A DNA stretch of 35,371 nt from an uncultured archaeon. GTDB lineage: Archaea; Asgardarchaeota; Lokiarchaeia; Sigyniarchaeales; SOKP01. This document shows positions 29,803 to 35,371 of this stretch, in pieces. The first letter of the stretch is position 1; every line of letters starts with the position of its first letter. Position numbers and translations under genes: made by a program. The notes below the pieces were generated by a model that was not told the DNA's origin, ran no database searches, and saw only the letters and a list, made by a program, of their open reading frames with translations. Location of the stretch: contig CAZGJX010000037.1 of NCBI GenBank assembly GCA_964525635.1, positions 1 through 35,371 on the forward strand, given 5' to 3'.

Positions 29803-30972
29803 TTATATTGATTCTTTTATTATTTCCCAAGCTTGGCTTTCTAATTCATACCATTCTTGGATTGTTTTATTAAGTTCTGGTATCTTATCCTTCCAAATAT
29901 TTATTTCATCTTTTACTCCTTCTTCTACTTTTTCAACTTCAAGATCAATCTTTTTAAGTTGCTTACGATAGTCTTTCTCTCCCTTCTCTTGAATCTCATT
30001 AGTCCTAAGAAATAATTCACGCATTTTTTTCATATTAGGTAAATCATCTGGTAGCAATAGTTTTCCTATAATGTGAATAACTTCAATTATTTTTTTAAAA
30101 TTTTCAGACGCTTTTAATAAACCATCATTATTAAGTAATAATCCTGCCTCTTTAAGAAAGTCCTTATATAAATTTCTAAACATAGCACCCCCTGTACCTC
30201 CAGTTTCTATATAAATAAAATTCATAACTAATCCAAATGATAAATCATTTTTATTGAAATCTTGCACCCATGATGGAAGCATTGTACGCCATTTTTGAAA
30301 CCCTGAAAGGCCCATGTTCTTAATAGGTGGATTATACATAAAATTAAGATTTTCTTTTATAGCAGAAGGAATAATATCCTTAATTGGTTTGATCTTTTTC
30401 GGAATTAAAAGTTCCACTAATTTATTTTTAGCTGGAAAAGGAGCAAATTTACTATTCCTTGCAGCCTTTAATTCTTCATAAGTTATAATAAAAGGATTTG
30501 CGAAACGATCTGAAATATATGCTTCATCCTTTTCTTCATCAATACCATATGTAACAAAAGTATGTCCTCCAAAATGTCCTGCTCCCTCATTTGGAATTTG
30601 TACACCTTCACCAAAAAAGAATGGGCAGTATGCAAAATCAACAAATGTGATTGCTGGTTGACCTCTTTCTAATATATTTATTAGATTATTATGAGCAGTA
30701 TTTATGGAAGCCGTTTCGGTAACTTTAACACTACCACCTAATCTATTAAGTATTCTTTCAAATACTTCCGTCTTCTTAACTCCAAGTCCTAAGGTCATGG
30801 GAAATGGTAGTCGTTTCATATAAAAATAGAAAAAGCCTAAACCTGAACATAATCCTAAAAGCATTGGCTCTGAAATGTTTATATTATAATGAGCTAATAC
30901 TTTTCTTAAACTAGATAATTGACAGTTCGAACCCGTCATATGCTTAAAATTATCAATTACTAATCTTACCAT
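29803..30972 (-). CDS. BtrH_N/DUF4872-like papain-fold Cys protein, paralog 2
   Basis: GSNCQLSSLR (Cys), SEPMLLGLCSGLGF, HFGGHTFVTYGID...SD and ETGGTGGAMFRNLY. Confidence 0.8.
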   Translation of the reverse strand: MVRLVIDNFKHMTGSNCQLSSLRKVLAHYNINISEPMLLGLCSGLGFFYFYMKRLPFPMTLGLGVKKTEVFERILNRLGGSVKVTETASINTAHNNLINILERGQPAITFVDFAYCPFFFGEGVQIPNEGAGHFGGHTFVTYGIDEEKDEAYISDRFANPFIITYEELKAARNSKFAPFPAKNKLVELLIPKKIKPIKDIIPSAIKENLNFMYNPPIKNMGLSGFQKWRTMLPSWVQDFNKNDLSFGLVMNFIYIETGGTGGAMFRNLYKDFLKEAGLLLNNDGLLKASENFKKIIEVIHIIGKLLLPDDLPNMKKMRELFLRTNEIQEKGEKDYRKQLKKIDLEVEKVEEGVKDEINIWKDKIPELNKTIQEWYELESQAWEIIKESI

Positions 30973-30986
30973 TTTTTATCACTCTC

Positions 30987-32135
30987 TTAATTTTTTATTT
31001 TTGATAATTTACTAAACAGCTTTTCTTCTTCATTAACAATATAGAAAGCCATATTTTGTAATTCCTCGATTGATATATGATTTATACAATCTTTATCATA
31101 TTCATCAGCAGCACTTTTGAGAATTTCTGCTATATTAGTCCAATTATCAGCAGATGTTTTAATCATTGGAATTACTTCTTCGATAATTTTAAAATCTTCA
31201 CTTGTCCATGCTCTAGGACCTTCTTTAAGTTCTGGAAGTATTAATAATTCTTCAAGGAATATTCTATAAAGATTGCGGAAAGCAGCTCCGCCCGTACCCC
31301 ATGTTTCTATGTATCCATATATCAACTCAAATGTAGCTTTAGATACTGGTATTTTACTATTATTAAAGGGACTTTTAACAATTCCTTGTAAGTCATCTCT
31401 CCAATTTTTTATTGAATTTGCAAATCGCTTCAATCCTTGAATACCTACATTGTTCATTGAAGGCCTTAGGATATGATTTACAACTTGTTGTATAGCAACT
31501 TTTATCCCTGCTGCTAAAGGGGGATGTTTTCCATCTGGTCGCCGAATCATAGAATATTGAGAATTTTCTGGGTGTAGATATATTGGACCTTCTTTAGATC
31601 CTCTTGCTTTTTTTAAACTTTCGATATTTACTTCTCGAAAATCTCTAAATTCAGTATCTCCTACTAAAACAATACCTTTCTCCTCATCATATCCTGCTAA
31701 TGTAATTGCATGTCCCCCAAAATGGATTTCTTCATTTTCATCTTCATTTATGTATGGTAGATAACCTAAATCAACTTGGAGAATCAATGGAATATCTTGT
31801 TCTATTAAGATTTTAGCTTCTTTCCATGCCTTATCAACACTGGAAAAAGACTGTTTCCTTAATGTAATACCCAATAATCGACAGGCTAATGAATTAGGGG
31901 TGATTGTACCTTGTTTTCCACCTATAAAAATAGGTGTATCAATTACCTCATTTTCTGTATTGGGTATACTTATTGATTTATCAAAATATACAAATCCTAA
32001 AGTTGCATCAAGACCAAAAGCCATAGCTTCAGACATAGGAAAACCATAAAATTCAAACATATCTCTTAAGGCAGAGGATTCACAATGAACTCCCGATTTA
32101 TGAACAAAATTATTTATTATATGCTTCTGGGTCAA
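30987..32135 (-). CDS. BtrH_N/DUF4872-like papain-fold Cys protein, paralog 1
   Basis: GVHCESSALR, SEAMAFGL, HFGGHAITLAGYD...GD and ETWGTGGAAFRNLY; TTG start with GGAGG. Confidence 0.82.
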   Translation of the reverse strand: MTQKHIINNFVHKSGVHCESSALRDMFEFYGFPMSEAMAFGLDATLGFVYFDKSISIPNTENEVIDTPIFIGGKQGTITPNSLACRLLGITLRKQSFSSVDKAWKEAKILIEQDIPLILQVDLGYLPYINEDENEEIHFGGHAITLAGYDEEKGIVLVGDTEFRDFREVNIESLKKARGSKEGPIYLHPENSQYSMIRRPDGKHPPLAAGIKVAIQQVVNHILRPSMNNVGIQGLKRFANSIKNWRDDLQGIVKSPFNNSKIPVSKATFELIYGYIETWGTGGAAFRNLYRIFLEELLILPELKEGPRAWTSEDFKIIEEVIPMIKTSADNWTNIAEILKSAADEYDKDCINHISIEELQNMAFYIVNEEEKLFSKLSKIKN

Positions 32136-32694
32136 CTTGACCGCCTCCTTTTTTTATTTCCTCTAAAACCCAATCCAAAAATTTTATGTCTGTATCTAAT
32201 ATTTGAATTGGATGGATAAAAAGTCCTTTCACATTTAATGGATAATGTGAGGCATTTTCTAACATGTCTTCCAATTCCCTTTTATGTTTCTTTATTTGAT
32301 TTAAAGAATTTGTAAATGCTTCAATTTGTTGTTCTTGGGTTAAATAAGGAAGCATTGAAAAAGCTACATAATAATCCTTATCATGTCTACCTATATATTC
32401 TCGTAAAACTCTATAAATTTTATTTTTTAAGACATTTATACCTATGTCTGTGACTTGGTATACTTTTAACACTCGATTATCAACCTCCTCTACCCATTTT
32501 CTAATAAATTCTTTCTTCTCTAGATATTTTAGAACTCGATATATTGATGATTTCCCTATATTTGTCCAATTTCTCATCCCCCTTTCCTCAATTTTTTTAT
32601 TTATTTTATAAGCATGACTGGATTCCTCAGATACCAATCCTAACACTATAAATTCAGCGTGATTAAGCGAGTTCTTATCATTTTTTCTTGACAT
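32110..32694 (-). CDS. PadR-family transcriptional regulator
   Basis: IVLGLVSE...HAYKI...WTNIGKSSIYRVLKYLE...KVYQVTDIG. Confidence 0.9.
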   Translation of the reverse strand: MSRKNDKNSLNHAEFIVLGLVSEESSHAYKINKKIEERGMRNWTNIGKSSIYRVLKYLEKKEFIRKWVEEVDNRVLKVYQVTDIGINVLKNKIYRVLREYIGRHDKDYYVAFSMLPYLTQEQQIEAFTNSLNQIKKHKRELEDMLENASHYPLNVKGLFIHPIQILDTDIKFLDWVLEEIKKGGGQVDPEAYNK

Positions 32695-32727
32695 TTTATA
32701 ATTATTAAATATAAGTTATTTTTAATA

Positions 32728-32756
32728 GTCTCATATGAGACGGTCCCATATGAGAA
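32728..32756. promoter_or_regulatory. Tandem palindromic operator upstream of padR
   Basis: Perfect 14-bp palindrome GTCTCATATGAGAC (32728-41) and near copy GTCCCATATGAGAA (32743-56), just downstream of a minus-strand TTTAAATA box (32772-79). Confidence 0.75.
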
Positions 32757-32992
32757 TATAATCAAACTTCATATTTAAATATTGTCATGAAATTCTCGAT
32801 TAGGAAATACTTAAATGATTATATTTTATACAAAGAATCTGTTAAAGTATGAAGAAGTCATTAACAGAAATATTTTTCAAAAGTGTAATCCATTATAAGA
32901 TATCTATTCAGATATTATCCAAATTTTTATATATAGAAATTAGGACATAATTATTAGAAGATATAATATTTATTATATGTTTTATTATTAAA

Positions 32993-34765
32993 ATGCTGAA
33001 TAGACCACCCCAAAATGCAACTTCTGGGGAAAAAATATTTTTTAGAAGACTTGAGACTTTTTTATCAAAAAATGATAATATAATTGGATATGTTGAGCCT
33101 TCGTTAGGAGGACATCGACCAGATTTCATATTATTATCATCTTTTTTTGGAGTCATTGTTGTAGAAATAAAAGATTATGATACTACAAATATTTTAGAAA
33201 TTAGAGAAACAGGACAATGGAAATATTTTAAAAATAATAAAGAAGCCTTTATTGGAAATCCTTTTGATCAGCTCTATCAGTATTGGAGAATAATAAAGGA
33301 CAGAATCGGTTTTTGTCACTATCCAAATCATATTAACATACCTATAATTCAAATTGCAGTTTTTGCCCAAATCTCTAAAAATGATTCTATTGCTAAAGAA
33401 ATACGAAGATTATCGCCAGAGAAAATATTTCTGTGTTTTAAAGAAGATATTTCAAATAATAAGGGCTTTGAAGAATATCTTAAAGATGTTTTACCATTAG
33501 ATTTTAAATTATCCTCTGAATTTTTTCAACTTTTACGAGGAAATCTTTTTCCTATGTGCCGTCTTCCCACTTTAAAACAAGCAGATTTGACCAAATTTTA
33601 TAAATCAGAAGATAAAGTACAATTGTTAGATCGAGAACAAGAAAAGCTTGCTCTCGAAATAGGAGAAGGACATAGATTAATCTTTGGAGTTGCAGGAAGT
33701 GGAAAAACCATTCTTCTAATTTCCAGAGCTAGATTTCTAGCAACTCGACACCCTAATTGGAGAATTCTAATAATATGTTATAATAAATTACTCAGAGATC
33801 TTATTTATCAATTAATTAAACCTCAAAATTATAGTTGTGATATAACAATAAACACTTTCCATGGGTGGATTAGAAATTATATTATAAGTGCGAATAATAA
33901 TTTTTGGCAACTTTATAAAGAAGCTCAACATAGAGCAGAAAATAAAGGAAAATTAACAGAATTTTTCCATGAAGTTGTTCCAAAATTATTTTTACATATG
34001 TTGGAAGATATAGGAGATAATAAAATCCATTATGACGCTATTTTAATAGATGAGGCTCAAGATTTTGCACAAGAGTGGTTTAAAGGGATTGTTCAAGTTT
34101 TGAATCCTTCAACAAATTCATTATTAATTACATGTGATGGAATTCAAGGGATTTATGCTAGAAAAAGGTTTACATGGTCAAGTGTTGGAATTGAAGCAAG
34201 AGGAAGAGTTAAACGCTTTGAAAAATCTTATAGAAATCCAATAGAAATAGGGATAATTGCCCAGAAAATCTTACCTACGAGTCTTAAAAGTTTAATAGGA
34301 CAATTTGATGAATTTCTTCCCACAAAAGAATTTTTAGGAAATCATGGATTGGTAGAATTAATAGTTTCTAATACTAGAGAAGAAGAATACGAAAAACTTG
34401 CAATAAAAATCAATCAATTATTAAAACATCCATATACAATATTATTACTTTTTAGACGTAATATGGTTAAATGTAGTTATGATCATCCATTTTTCAAATA
34501 TCTGAAAAAATTAAATTTAGAATGGAACAATTTAGAAAAATTTAATCATAATATTCCTGGATTGTTAATTGGAACTATACATGGAACAAAAGGATTAGAG
34601 TTTGATACAATTATTATTCCAGAAATTGATACCTATAAAACAGATAAAGATCGCCAATTGCTTTATGTAGGGATAACTCGTTCTCGAAAAAAATTAATTT
34701 TAAGTGCTAATCAGTCAAATGGTAATTCTGACTTTATAAACACAATAAAAGCACTTCAAACCTAG
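32993..34765 (+). CDS. NERD nuclease domain fused to an SF1 (UvrD-like) helicase
   Basis: PDFILL...VVEIKD nuclease motif, GVAGSGKT, IDEAQD, TIHGTKGLEFD and LYVGITRS. Confidence 0.9.
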   Translation: MLNRPPQNATSGEKIFFRRLETFLSKNDNIIGYVEPSLGGHRPDFILLSSFFGVIVVEIKDYDTTNILEIRETGQWKYFKNNKEAFIGNPFDQLYQYWRIIKDRIGFCHYPNHINIPIIQIAVFAQISKNDSIAKEIRRLSPEKIFLCFKEDISNNKGFEEYLKDVLPLDFKLSSEFFQLLRGNLFPMCRLPTLKQADLTKFYKSEDKVQLLDREQEKLALEIGEGHRLIFGVAGSGKTILLISRARFLATRHPNWRILIICYNKLLRDLIYQLIKPQNYSCDITINTFHGWIRNYIISANNNFWQLYKEAQHRAENKGKLTEFFHEVVPKLFLHMLEDIGDNKIHYDAILIDEAQDFAQEWFKGIVQVLNPSTNSLLITCDGIQGIYARKRFTWSSVGIEARGRVKRFEKSYRNPIEIGIIAQKILPTSLKSLIGQFDEFLPTKEFLGNHGLVELIVSNTREEEYEKLAIKINQLLKHPYTILLLFRRNMVKCSYDHPFFKYLKKLNLEWNNLEKFNHNIPGLLIGTIHGTKGLEFDTIIIPEIDTYKTDKDRQLLYVGITRSRKKLILSANQSNGNSDFINTIKALQT

Positions 34766-35052
34766 GTATTAATTTTGCATATTGGACATAAATGTTTCCC
34801 AACAAATACAAATCTATCTGATGGAGTTATTAAATTCAAATTTAATAATTCTGTTGCTAACAGAGAATTTTCAGAATAATCTTTAAAAATAAATTCATCT
34901 ATATTCAAATTAACATTTTCATCTTTAATTGATATCTCTGCTAGAGGAAATCCATTATAGTCTTGTAAAAACACCGCTAATTGTCCATTATTATAGGTTT
35001 TTAATCTGAATTTATAATCCAAAAGTTCTTTATTTCTTTCCATTACAATCAT
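34762..35052 (-). CDS. Small hypothetical protein (DUF4313-like pattern)
   Basis: TYNNGQLAVFLQDYNGFPLAEISI...LITPSDRFV; convergent 4-nt overlap with the helicase. Confidence 0.55.
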   Translation of the reverse strand: MIVMERNKELLDYKFRLKTYNNGQLAVFLQDYNGFPLAEISIKDENVNLNIDEFIFKDYSENSLLATELLNLNLITPSDRFVFVGKHLCPICKINT

Positions 35053-35371
35053 TTAAATCTATTTTTTTTTATATATGCATTAAAATTTAAGATAAAGAGA
35101 GTGAAAATTTATTGATATAAAATTAGTTTATGAATTTATTAAAAAAAAAAAACCAAGATTTTATTTCTATTGATACAAAAAATCTTCAAAGAATTAGATA
35201 AATACTATCTTATTTCCTAATAAAATTATATTTCTAAGACATTAAAAAATATATCTTCAATTTTTTATATGAATAATTTAAATATGATTTTAATATAATT
35301 AGAATTATTTATAACATATTATATAATTTAGTATAATTGCATCGAGATTGAATTTCAGACGATGATCGTTT

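Noticed and set aside
32908-33156. 82-aa minus-strand ORF and other short antisense ORFs (6835, 7303, 7979, 12191, 14553, 16109, 16675, 22624, 22706, 29578)
   Set aside because: They overlap well-supported genes on the opposite strand and have no recognisable motifs
1-35371. CRISPR arrays, tRNA/rRNA genes, transposases or integrases
   Set aside because: No repeat-spacer periodicity, GC-rich structural RNA block or mobile-element motif was seen

Overview
Very AT-rich archaeal window, most likely from an Asgard (Lokiarchaeia-like) genome. This is inferred from GGTGA/GAGG ribosome-binding motifs, T-tract terminators, a TrmB regulator, Loki-style kinase and 7TM proteins and a eukaryote-type SECIS. 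From left to right: (1) a minus-strand operon with a degenerate AAA+ protein, an Smc5/6-like SMC ATPase, a kleisin and a kite; (2) accessory genes including an SDR/TetR pair, a YbhB/YbcL (PEBP) gene interrupted by a 29-nt insert that folds as a bulge-helix-bulge (BHB) intron, and two paralogous 28-aa membrane peptides; (3) an arsenic locus (arsR, acr3, arsC) containing a ubiquitin/MoaD-like ORF that ends GC-TGA-TGA and is followed by a SECIS-like hairpin; (4) methyltransferases, an HD protein, TrmB and a frameshifted histidine kinase; (5) a ~12-kb PadR-led operon with two BtrH-like Cys proteins, a methyltransferase, a single and a tandem-fused UvrA-like ATPase and a QW-repeat toroid protein, with no uvrB or uvrC; (6) a divergent NERD nuclease-SF1 helicase. 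The best leads are the BHB mRNA intron, the candidate selenoprotein with its SECIS, the Smc5/6-like complex and the UvrA/BtrH operon. All family calls come from motif recognition by eye; no database searches were run.
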